A stretch of DNA of 33,601 nt, taken from a virus. Taxonomy: Duplodnaviria > Caudoviricetes. Location of the stretch: IMG/VR virus record IMGVR_UViG_3300036779_000011, positions 1 through 33,601 of that record; one strand, 5' to 3'. This document shows, piece after piece, positions 8,076 through 15,476 of the stretch; position 1 is the stretch's first letter; every line of letters starts with the position of its first letter. The position numbers and the translations under genes were made by a program. Below the pieces are notes generated by a model. That model saw nothing but the letters and a program-made list of their open reading frames with translations. It did not search any database and had not been told where the DNA came from.

Positions 8076-9013
8076 TCCTTACCTCGCAGTCGGTCGCGTT
8101 CCGCTTGCCGCTCCATCATGGCCCGGTTGCGTTCGCCCACCGTCGCATATGCCCTCATCGCCGGTTTGCGGATCACCGGCTCGACGAACCAGTCGTTATC
8201 CTGCAGCCATCGCCACAGTTGCGGGATGAACTTCCCCGGCTCCAACGTGTCCCAGTACTTGCGCCACTGCGCGTGGCGAGTCTCGATCAGCTTGGCGCAT
8301 CGTGCGGCTGTGTCCGAATCATCACCGAGAATTGCGTCGAGTCTTAGCAGGGCTTTGACCGGCAAGCCCGGTTGCGGGTGGGTCTTCAGCAGGAGTTCGC
8401 ACAGGTGGACGGTGAACGACGAGCGCAGCGGTATGCGTTGGTTGAGGAAGACGTTATTTATCGAAGGCGCAGGGGTCGCCGCCGCCGCATGGTGTACGCT
8501 CCGAGGCACGGCGTCCCCTTCGTTGTTAGATAAGTAGGTTTCACTAGGTAGGTTCACTAATAGATGGGGCGGTTGAGAGTGGACAAGGTTGTCCGGTGAG
8601 AGTGGACAACCTTGTCCACTCTGGAATGGCTCAAAAGCCAGCGGCGGCGGGGCTTCCGGAGGTGGCGACGCGGGAGGTTTTTCCACCGCTGTGGGAAACT
8701 TTTTCAACAGGAGTAACCGCCACTGATCGCGCGCCGCGACGATAAACTGATAGCCGTAACGCAGCCGCTCGACGGCGATCAGCCGCCACTTCCGGAGTTC
8801 CGCCAGTGCGCGCGTGATCGTGCGATAGGAGACGCCCAGATCGGCGGCGAGTCGTTTGATACGCGGGTTGCACTGGCCGGTCACTTTGTTCCGGTAGTCG
8901 TCGAGCAGGATCAACACGCGTTGCGCCCAGTTCGATAGATCACGGTTGCCCGCCAGAAACTTCGGCAGAATCAAAGATGGCTGAATGATAGTGGACTGCG
9001 GTATGCTCGACAT
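8072..9013 (-). CDS. Phage replication initiator with N-terminal HTH (313 aa from MSSIPQ)
   Basis: DLSNWAQRV...CNPRIKRLAADLGVSYRTITRALAEL (HTH_36-like), C-terminal FIPQLWRWL..DW motif, internal iterons. Confidence 0.8.
   Translation of the reverse strand: MSSIPQSTIIQPSLILPKFLAGNRDLSNWAQRVLILLDDYRNKVTGQCNPRIKRLAADLGVSYRTITRALAELRKWRLIAVERLRYGYQFIVAARDQWRLLLLKKFPTAVEKPPASPPPEAPPPLAFEPFQSGQGCPLSPDNLVHSQPPHLLVNLPSETYLSNNEGDAVPRSVHHAAAATPAPSINNVFLNQRIPLRSSFTVHLCELLLKTHPQPGLPVKALLRLDAILGDDSDTAARCAKLIETRHAQWRKYWDTLEPGKFIPQLWRWLQDNDWFVEPVIRKPAMRAYATVGERNRAMMERQAERDRLRGKE
8531..8622. repeat. Candidate replication origin (iterons plus AT-rich tract) inside the initiator gene
   Basis: TGAGAGTGGACAA x2 (8574, 8597), palindromes GGACAA-gg-TTGTCC and AGAGTGGACAA-cc-TTGTCCACTCT, adjacent GTAGGTT(T)CACTA x2. 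Confidence 0.65.
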
Positions 9014-9143
9014 GACTGCTTCCTCGGCTCCTTCGAATGGTTTTCCTTTTGGGGCGCTTTCGATCAGTCCGTTTCGTTTGTCACTAGAGGGCCATTCGAG
9101 AGCGCGGCCTAGTCCTCCGCCTCCTCGGGTGGTCCTCAAATTT

Positions 9144-9515
9144 TTAGGGGCTGTGTTCGTGATCCTGCAGCCAGTCGGCGAGTTCTTTTGAGGACGTCAC
9201 GACGGCGACGCGCAGACGATAGCCAAGGGTCAACTGCTGAATCTTGAAGGCTTGTTCCGGACTCAACACGCCGCCCGATTGCCGTTTCACTTCCATCAGG
9301 AAGCCGCGATAACGCCCATGTAGGACCAAATAATCGGGGACGCCCTTCTCGCCGATCCTCACCCAGTCGCCGCCCGGAGTCCGGAACGCGCCGACGTGTT
9401 GACGTGCCGCCCAGTACCCACGGACGCGCAGGAGGTCCAGACACGCACGTTCAACATCGTTCTCAGAGAGGGCAAGGGGCGGGCGGAGTCGGAACGCGGG
9501 CGCGCGTTTCACCAT
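9144..9515 (-). CDS. VRR-NUC domain nuclease (putative Holliday junction resolvase)
   Basis: SENDVE...GVPDYL...MEVKR...GVLSPEQ PD-(D/E)xK motif. Confidence 0.88.
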   Translation of the reverse strand: MVKRAPAFRLRPPLALSENDVERACLDLLRVRGYWAARQHVGAFRTPGGDWVRIGEKGVPDYLVLHGRYRGFLMEVKRQSGGVLSPEQAFKIQQLTLGYRLRVAVVTSSKELADWLQDHEHSP

Positions 9516-9528
9516 CGCGTACCGCCCA

Positions 9529-9561
9529 AGAAAAAGGGGACTGCGTTGTTCTGCAGTCCCC
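9529..9561 (-). terminator. Rho-independent terminator after the integrase
   Basis: Minus strand GGGGACTGC-agaacaac-GCAGTCCCC-TTTTTCT. Confidence 0.8.
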
Positions 9562-9631
9562 GAGATGGTGTTGATGTTGAGGCAGTTAGAGCGCGGTCCG
9601 TCCGATCAGGAGGACACGCGCCGCGCATCGA

Positions 9632-11257
9632 TCAGGCCAGCTTCCTCCGGACGCTGAAACCCGGATACATATTGTCTTTCTCAGTTTGATGCTCAAGACA
9701 ATTAGTGCCCGCTGTTCCGTTATCGTCCGGACCGTTGACCGGCTTAAACGTGATGACGATTACGCCGTCCTGTAGTTCGACGCGTTCCACGCGTTGACGT
9801 ATGGCTTCCCGCCGTTGCTCCGTCGTCTGCGCCGTCGCCAGAACTTTCTGGTAGGACTCCTGCAGGATCGGGAGAACGAACGCGGGCCGCGCCTTGGGTT
9901 TGGGTTGCAAAGTTGTTAACTGAGACTCTAGCGCGCGAATCTGCTTCTGGCAATCCTTCAGGGCAGATTTAAAGATCTCGTAGGAGTCCGCCAGATCGGG
10001 ATCGATCATGGAACGGGTGGCTTGGAACTCCTGCTTCTTGAGTTTCTGTACTGCGCGCTCCAGTTCCGTGCGTTGTTTGGATTGATCCGGACCACTGACG
10101 GCGGGCGACGTCTCGCGCTGATGTTCCATGTAGAGGCGATGGGGATCGGCGGCATAGGCGACGACCGTCTCCCAGACTTGCGTCTCGATCACCGAGACGG
10201 GCGTCGAGAGTTGATCACAGCGCCGTTCCCATGTCGCCTGATCCATATTGCCGCAACGATAACGCGGCTTGCCGTGATTCGGGGTACTGAGGCAGGAGTA
10301 ACCGCATTTGCCGCACTTGATCAGCCCGCGCAGGAGATACACGGACGGTCGCCCCACGTTCATGCGCTTGTTCTTGGCCATCTGCGCGCGCACGGCTTCG
10401 AACAGTTCACGCGAGACGATGGGCGGAGTCGGTACGATGATCCAATCCGACTCCGGACGATAACGCGCCGATGTCTTCTTCGACTTGCCCTCGGGGGCGG
10501 GCTTGCGTCGCGCGCCCTTGGGTTCGGCGATCATCCTGCGGTTGTAACGCCCTTCGCCGAAGTAGGTCGTGTTAGCCAACATCTGACCGACGACGTTCTT
10601 GGCCCAGTGTTTCGCCTTGAGGGGTTGAACGCCGTCGTCTTCGAGACGTCGGCAGATATCGCGCAGTCCGACGCCCTCCGCCGCCCATGTGAACATCTGC
10701 AGGATGACGCGCGCCTGTTCTGGAACGATCACCAGCCGCCCGCGCGTGCCTTGCGCCTTGCCCTCGTACTGATACCCGTACAACGTCGTTCCACCGTTGA
10801 TAAAGCCCTGCTCCGCCTTCTCGCGTCGCCCGCGCATCGTGCGCTCCCGGATCTTCGACTTCTCATACTGCGAGAACGCGCCCCGGATCGTCATCATCAG
10901 CTTTCCAGCGGGCGAGTCTTCTATCGATCCGTTGACGATCACGAGCTTGACGCCGTACTTCTCTAACTCGTCGACCAGTATCAGGAGGTGGGCGAGTTCG
11001 CGGGATAGCCGGTCGAGATCGTACACGACCAAGTACTGAACCGCTCCGGACCGTACCGCCTTCCGGAGTCGCGTTAAGGCAGGACGATCGATCTCGCCGC
11101 CCAGATAGCCGTCGTCGACGAACTGCAGTTCGGGCGCGGTCGTGAACCCTTCCTCCTTGGCGAGTTTCGCCATGGCGCGCGTCTGCGATGCCAGACTGAA
11201 ATTCTGCGCTTGTTCGTCGAGTGAAACGCGCGAATAGAATGCCGCGATCTTCGTCAT
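9632..11257 (-). CDS. int: Large serine recombinase (integrase)
   Basis: YSRVS catalytic Ser, DLDRLSR, YGY recombinase domain, LLRGLIKCGKCG...YRC zinc ribbon, coiled coil. Confidence 0.95.
   Translation of the reverse strand: MTKIAAFYSRVSLDEQAQNFSLASQTRAMAKLAKEEGFTTAPELQFVDDGYLGGEIDRPALTRLRKAVRSGAVQYLVVYDLDRLSRELAHLLILVDELEKYGVKLVIVNGSIEDSPAGKLMMTIRGAFSQYEKSKIRERTMRGRREKAEQGFINGGTTLYGYQYEGKAQGTRGRLVIVPEQARVILQMFTWAAEGVGLRDICRRLEDDGVQPLKAKHWAKNVVGQMLANTTYFGEGRYNRRMIAEPKGARRKPAPEGKSKKTSARYRPESDWIIVPTPPIVSRELFEAVRAQMAKNKRMNVGRPSVYLLRGLIKCGKCGYSCLSTPNHGKPRYRCGNMDQATWERRCDQLSTPVSVIETQVWETVVAYAADPHRLYMEHQRETSPAVSGPDQSKQRTELERAVQKLKKQEFQATRSMIDPDLADSYEIFKSALKDCQKQIRALESQLTTLQPKPKARPAFVLPILQESYQKVLATAQTTEQRREAIRQRVERVELQDGVIVITFKPVNGPDDNGTAGTNCLEHQTEKDNMYPGFSVRRKLA
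9663..9710. other. Candidate attP inside the integrase 3' end
   Basis: ~48-bp imperfect inverted repeat ATTGTCTT...AAGACAAT (9671-9678/9695-9702) centred on TT at 9686-9687; AT-rich relative to the gene. Confidence 0.55.
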
Positions 11258-11454
11258 TACTTTGCACCTCCGGAGGTCTTCTTAGGGCGTCCCACTTTGC
11301 CGATCTTAAGAGCGGCAAGATCCTTGCGCGTGATCATGTAGGACGTGCCGAAGGGAGTGGCTTTTAGCCGTCCGGAGCGGATCAACGAGTAAACCCACCA
11401 ACGCGTCACGCCGAGGCGCGTGGCGACGTCCTGAACGGTAAGAGGGGCGCTCAT
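11257..11454 (-). CDS. Excisionase-like HTH_17 DNA-binding protein (65 aa from MSAPL)
   Basis: LTVQDVATRLGVTRWWVYSLIRSGRLKA, C-terminal GRPKK; TAATG-coupled to int. Confidence 0.88.
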   Translation of the reverse strand: MSAPLTVQDVATRLGVTRWWVYSLIRSGRLKATPFGTSYMITRKDLAALKIGKVGRPKKTSGGAK

Positions 11455-11639
11455 GCGCGCCCGCCCTTCGTGATCAGTACGGCTAAGTTCATCGTTTGCG
11501 GAGTCGCATCGAATACCCCGAGATACGCGCGGCAGTCGTCGCACGTCGTCGGCACCTGTTCGCAGGAGCCCAGAGTCGGACGCCCGCACATCTTACACGG
11601 TCCAGTCGGCACGGAGCCGATATCCCAGAGGGCGCGCAC
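11451..11639 (-). CDS. Small Zn-finger protein (62 aa, GTG start)
   Basis: CKMC...CDDC; AAGGAGGT RBS; coupled at both ends. Confidence 0.7.
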   Translation of the reverse strand: MRALWDIGSVPTGPCKMCGRPTLGSCEQVPTTCDDCRAYLGVFDATPQTMNLAVLITKGGRA

Positions 11640-12670
11640 TAGCGCACCTCCTTGGATGCAAGCCACTGGCGCGCGTGGCTTGTCAGTCGCATTTTTAGCA
11701 GTTTGTAATCGGAGGACGTCAAGACGAGCGTCACGTCGGGTTTCTTCTTGACGACGACGGGCGTCTTGACGATGGGCGCGGGCGTCTCGACGATGGGCGT
11801 CTTGGCGGCTTCGACGATCTTCCGGAAGGGGTCGACGATGCACCCGTCGAACTTCGCGCAGAACACCGGATCAACGGTGAGAAGGGCGTCCCAGCCCTCC
11901 TGCGTGATGCACGCCGCATGATCGCGCGTTCCGGAATCCGTCTCGCGGGCGAACCCTTTCTTCGAGAGCGACGCCATCACGCCTCCGCATGTCGTCTTCG
12001 ATTCGAACGGGTTATCAAACCACTGATAGTCGCCAACGGGGTGGCGTCCGTCGTGATACTCGCTGTTGGCGAACGACTTCAGTAGGGTGACTTCGTTCTG
12101 GGTGAGTCCTGCGGGCTTCGCGACGACGACGGACTCGACGACGACGGACTCGACGCGCGTCTCGGCAAGCGCGTATTGCCAGAAACCCGCGTCGTTACAG
12201 TTCCAACGATGGAGCATCTGATTGAGGGCTTCACGACTCATTAGAGGCGTGACGCGCAGGAAGACTTCGCCCGTCGTGATCTTCGTCGCCGAGTAGTTCC
12301 ATGTCTTCGTCTCGTTCATGTCGACGACGGGCGCGAGTGGCTTCACCTCGACGCTGATCGTCTCGACGACGGGCGCGGCTTCGTCTTTCTTGAGTTGCTT
12401 CACCTTCGCCGCTACTGCTTTGCGGAACTCCTTGACCACTTCCGGAGTGGTCGTCTTCGCCTCCTTCATCGCCGCGATCTTAAACGCTTCGTTCCACGTG
12501 CGCCCGTTGCCGCGTACCTTGAATCCGTGATCCTTCGTCACAACCCCGACGACCTTCCGCCCGTTGAACGGGTTTGCGCGAACGTAGGCGTGATATCCCC
12601 ACATCGCGACTGCCTTCTCGTTGGCTTCTTCTTGCGTCATAGTCCGTTTGATCTTCGTTTCGTTGTTCAT
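11639..12670 (-). CDS. Mosaic hypothetical protein with internal wHTH-like domain (343 aa from MNNETK)
   Basis: LTQNEVTLL...GGVMASLSKKGF...ITQEGWDAL; low-complexity linkers including a 15-bp tandem repeat at 12121-12155 (VESVV x2). Confidence 0.75.
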   Translation of the reverse strand: MNNETKIKRTMTQEEANEKAVAMWGYHAYVRANPFNGRKVVGVVTKDHGFKVRGNGRTWNEAFKIAAMKEAKTTTPEVVKEFRKAVAAKVKQLKKDEAAPVVETISVEVKPLAPVVDMNETKTWNYSATKITTGEVFLRVTPLMSREALNQMLHRWNCNDAGFWQYALAETRVESVVVESVVVAKPAGLTQNEVTLLKSFANSEYHDGRHPVGDYQWFDNPFESKTTCGGVMASLSKKGFARETDSGTRDHAACITQEGWDALLTVDPVFCAKFDGCIVDPFRKIVEAAKTPIVETPAPIVKTPVVVKKKPDVTLVLTSSDYKLLKMRLTSHARQWLASKEVR

Positions 12671-12775
12671 TTCGTTTCGTTGTCCGTTTCGTTTTGTCAA
12701 TCAACTACTAGAAACAATTGTACAACGAATTGGGCGATAAGGGGGAACGCACGCGTAACACACTTTTCGCGCGTG

Positions 12776-13054
12776 TCAATTGCGGAGCATCCACGCGTTG
12801 GGAACGACGTCGCCCGAGTCGGCATCCCGGCGCGCCTCGGGTCTTTCTTCGATGCATTCCGGAAGACGGCGCGCGCATCGTTCGCACAGCGTAATTGCTT
12901 TGCCTGCCGACTCGGCGATGACTTTCTGACCGAAGGGCGCGACCATCAGGCGAACGCCGCAGTGGTGGCAGACGTGCGTGTAAACCGATCCTCGAATGCA
13001 CAGCGGACCATCGGCCCGCGCGCAGACCAGAGCGACTTCCTCCGGGCCTTTCAC
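12776..13054 (-). CDS. Zn-finger-like hypothetical protein (92 aa)
   Basis: CHHC...CERC; GTGA overlap with upstream stop. Confidence 0.7.
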   Translation of the reverse strand: MKGPEEVALVCARADGPLCIRGSVYTHVCHHCGVRLMVAPFGQKVIAESAGKAITLCERCARRLPECIEERPEARRDADSGDVVPNAWMLRN

Positions 13055-13329
13055 GACGACTCCCCGACGATCTCGACGGTGAACGCAGACAGCGGGCGGT
13101 CGGGCTCCCCGTCCGGACGCGGCCCCAGTCGAGAGGGCGACTGATAGAACGCGACGGCTTGGGCATACGTCCGGAACTGGCGGGCTTGCGTCACGTCCTC
13201 GGTAACGACCAGATGCACGAAGCCGCCCACCTCGTCGATCTGCGGCGTCGGGTCATAGTCAACCACATACGTGCCGTCGTATTCGGAGGGCTCGCCGTTC
13301 ACAAGACCCACGATCCTGATCGCGGGCAT
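13051..13329 (-). CDS. Hypothetical protein (92 aa)
   Basis: TGATG-coupled; RPDGEPDRPLSAFTVEI motif. Confidence 0.75.
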   Translation of the reverse strand: MPAIRIVGLVNGEPSEYDGTYVVDYDPTPQIDEVGGFVHLVVTEDVTQARQFRTYAQAVAFYQSPSRLGPRPDGEPDRPLSAFTVEIVGESS

Positions 13330-13790
13330 CAGACGGACCTCGCGGGCGGCAAGCCTAATGCCTGATGTCCGGCTTCGAGAGCTTCGAACATGGTCTTACC
13401 CGGCGCGTATTGAATGTAGGGCATGAAGACTTCGACCGGCTTCACCATACCGCAGTCGATCATGGCGCACTGAGCTTGCACCCAGCGCAGGAGTTGCCGC
13501 CATGCGACGCGCTCCGCCTTCTCGCGTAGTCGCACCTTCTCGTCTGATGAAACGTAGACCGTCCGGCGTTTGAGCAGGATTTGGTATACCGGTTCGACGC
13601 GCGTCGGCATGTCAAACATCACGTCCCGACCATTCAACTTCATTGACCAGCGCAGGCCGGTGATCTTCCCTTCCTCGTAGTCCTGCGCGATCTGTGTAGC
13701 GCCCGCCTGAATGAGACACGCCGAGATCTCCGCAGCCGTGCGCGTCGCCGGTACTTCGGTCGACTCCATAAATAATGTTTTTGTCGCCAT
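13329..13790 (-). CDS. Conserved phage hypothetical protein (153 aa)
   Basis: AERVAWRQLLRWVQAQ...EVFMPY family motif; AGGAG RBS formed by the end of the array. Confidence 0.85.
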   Translation of the reverse strand: MATKTLFMESTEVPATRTAAEISACLIQAGATQIAQDYEEGKITGLRWSMKLNGRDVMFDMPTRVEPVYQILLKRRTVYVSSDEKVRLREKAERVAWRQLLRWVQAQCAMIDCGMVKPVEVFMPYIQYAPGKTMFEALEAGHQALGLPPARSV

Positions 13791-14221
13791 ACTCCTACCC
13801 AGCCAAACCTATCCTCACCGCATCAGATCTCGACTAACCCAACCTTACCTGCCCCAACGTACCCAGCCAAACCTGCCGGACCACATCAGATCGTGACCCG
13901 TCCCGACGCACCCGACCTTACCTGCCAAACCTGCCCCGACCATATCCGATCTCGCCTCACACAGTCGCGCCCGACCATACCTGCCAAACCGCCGCAGATC
14001 CCAACCGGCCTAACCTTCCTCACCATTCCTGCCGTGTCATGCCCCGACTTACCGAGCCGCTTCTCAACCCGCCTTACCTGCCAGATCTTGCCGCAACCTG
14101 TCCAGCCATGATCAGGCGTTGCCTTACCTGCCATGTCCCAATCGCGCCCCAGCGCGACGCGCCACGCCGGACCTGCCTCACCCAGCCATACCGTAACTCA
14201 TCTCATCTCACCGGCCCCCGA
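13791..14221 (-). ncRNA. Pentamer-periodic G(G/A/T)Y-NN array; putative guide-RNA array (VIPR-like)
   Basis: Nine GGCAGG delimiters (plus-strand CCTGCC at 13848, 13872, 13921, 13930, 13980, 14028, 14077, 14127, 14172); units parse as G-initial pentamers, e.g. GGTAA GGTCG GGTGC GTCGG GACGG GTCAC GATCT GATGT GGTCC. Confidence 0.8.
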
Positions 14222-14749
14222 CTACTGCAAATGCTGTGCGACCGTCCGCGCCGTCGCCAGTGCGGTTAGTATTGCCGTTACCTTCGAGATGTCGAGATCA
14301 TCGCCCGATGCTTCCTGTTGCAGTCGCATGACCTCTCCATAGGCTGTCTCGGCTTCCTTGAGCTTCCGGAAGGCGGCCAACAGCGCCGCTTGTAACTCGA
14401 ATGGGCGCGTAGAAAGTACCGTGGCGTGCTGATAATACTGCGCGGGTTCTTCGGGGCGTTCCACCTTCACATGGATAAATTGCGGACCTTCCGGCTTGTC
14501 CGACTCGACGATCCGGACGGCCTTAATCAATTGCCGCGCTTGCCACAGTCGGTACTGTTCGCCCGCGAGAGCGTCGTCCCATTCGAAGGCTTCATGGAGC
14601 AAAGCCGTTTCCGGTCTGGCGTCTTCGACGACCGCAGCCGGGGTGAGCTTGCGATCGTGGGCTTCCCAGATCCGTTCCAGTTCGGCGGCGGCTACTTCGA
14701 CCGGCACGCGCCGCGTGAACTTACTCGTCTTGCGGTACTTGTGCGTCAT
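14222..14749 (-). CDS. Partner protein of the RAMP-like gene (175 aa)
   Basis: LTPAAVVEDAR...LLHEAFEWDDALAGEQYRLWQARQLI motif; ATGA-coupled to the RAMP gene and immediately followed by the array. Confidence 0.85.
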   Translation of the reverse strand: MTHKYRKTSKFTRRVPVEVAAAELERIWEAHDRKLTPAAVVEDARPETALLHEAFEWDDALAGEQYRLWQARQLIKAVRIVESDKPEGPQFIHVKVERPEEPAQYYQHATVLSTRPFELQAALLAAFRKLKEAETAYGEVMRLQQEASGDDLDISKVTAILTALATARTVAQHLQ

Positions 14750-15408
14750 GCCGCCGCCCTCCCGACTTCCGTCGACACCAGATCAAACAGCCCGTAATCG
14801 AGGCCCGGGGAATCCGGCGAACACGGTCTGCCCTCACATACCCCGAGTTGTGCCCCGACCCGCTGTATAAGATTGGCGACATCGGACTCGGTGAATATAC
14901 TGGCGTCGTATCGGACGCACGGCCTAAGCTCCCATTCGCCCGGACTCCAGCGCGGGCGTGATCTGAGATCCTTCCCGCCGCCGTCGTTGTTAACGGGAGC
15001 AATCCACATCTCGGGATCAGGCCCCCAGATACGAACTAGCGGAGTGCCGTCCAACTCGTCATAGCCATCGGGCTCGACGAACAATGCCAACTTCGCCATG
15101 ACCATTTTGAAATTGACCAGACGGCACGCGCCTATCATGCCGTGACGAAGGGCCGCCGCATGGATGCCTCGCCAGCCGTCCTTGGTGCGATACTGCGCGG
15201 CGACGAACTCGGCATGAAAGTCTTTCGGCTCGCGCTTCTTCTTCGACCGGCTGGTTGATCCGGCTTCCTGCGTTGCCTGTATCTGCTTTCTGGCTTTTTC
15301 GCTGAAACGATGGACCGAGATGTGCGACGTGCCGCGCAGCGTGAACTTGATAAATCGCATGTCTGGCGGCGTGATCTGTAATGCTGTTGTTTCCGGTGTT
15401 TTTGCCAC
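14746..15408 (-). CDS. Stand-alone Cas7/RAMP-like RNA-binding protein (Vipr-like)
   Basis: RAMP-type layout: FTLRGTSHISVH (beta1), GIHAAALRHGMIGA (helix motif), RSRPRW, and Gly-rich loop GAQLGVCEGRP...DYGLFDL; AGAGGAC RBS, GTG start. Confidence 0.75.
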   Translation of the reverse strand: MAKTPETTALQITPPDMRFIKFTLRGTSHISVHRFSEKARKQIQATQEAGSTSRSKKKREPKDFHAEFVAAQYRTKDGWRGIHAAALRHGMIGACRLVNFKMVMAKLALFVEPDGYDELDGTPLVRIWGPDPEMWIAPVNNDGGGKDLRSRPRWSPGEWELRPCVRYDASIFTESDVANLIQRVGAQLGVCEGRPCSPDSPGLDYGLFDLVSTEVGRAAA

Positions 15409-15476
15409 TGTAGTCCTCTTCTGTTTGTCCCGTTCTTAGTTGGTGTTTCTTCTGACCGGAACGGGCGCGGGATCGG

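Noticed and set aside
12700-12782. Promoter upstream of 11639-12670 (TTGACA and TACAAT both present)
   Set aside because: The hexamers are not at ~17-bp spacing; plausible but unsupported
13791-14221. Canonical CRISPR array
   Set aside because: Only a 6-7-nt delimiter recurs; there are no 23-47-nt conserved repeats, and the intervening sequence is itself periodic
13854-14221. Self-matches for the other array units (e.g. to 3203-3397, 12776-13054, 14222-14749)
   Set aside because: Best by-eye matches were only about 4 of 9 dinucleotides, which is chance level; an exhaustive search could not be run
13711-14342. ORF-track proteins overlapping the pentamer array (13886-14134 minus; 13711, 13893, 14039, 14133 plus)
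   Set aside because: A 5-nt period is incompatible with coding selection; products are low-complexity, have no RBS, and some overlap real genes
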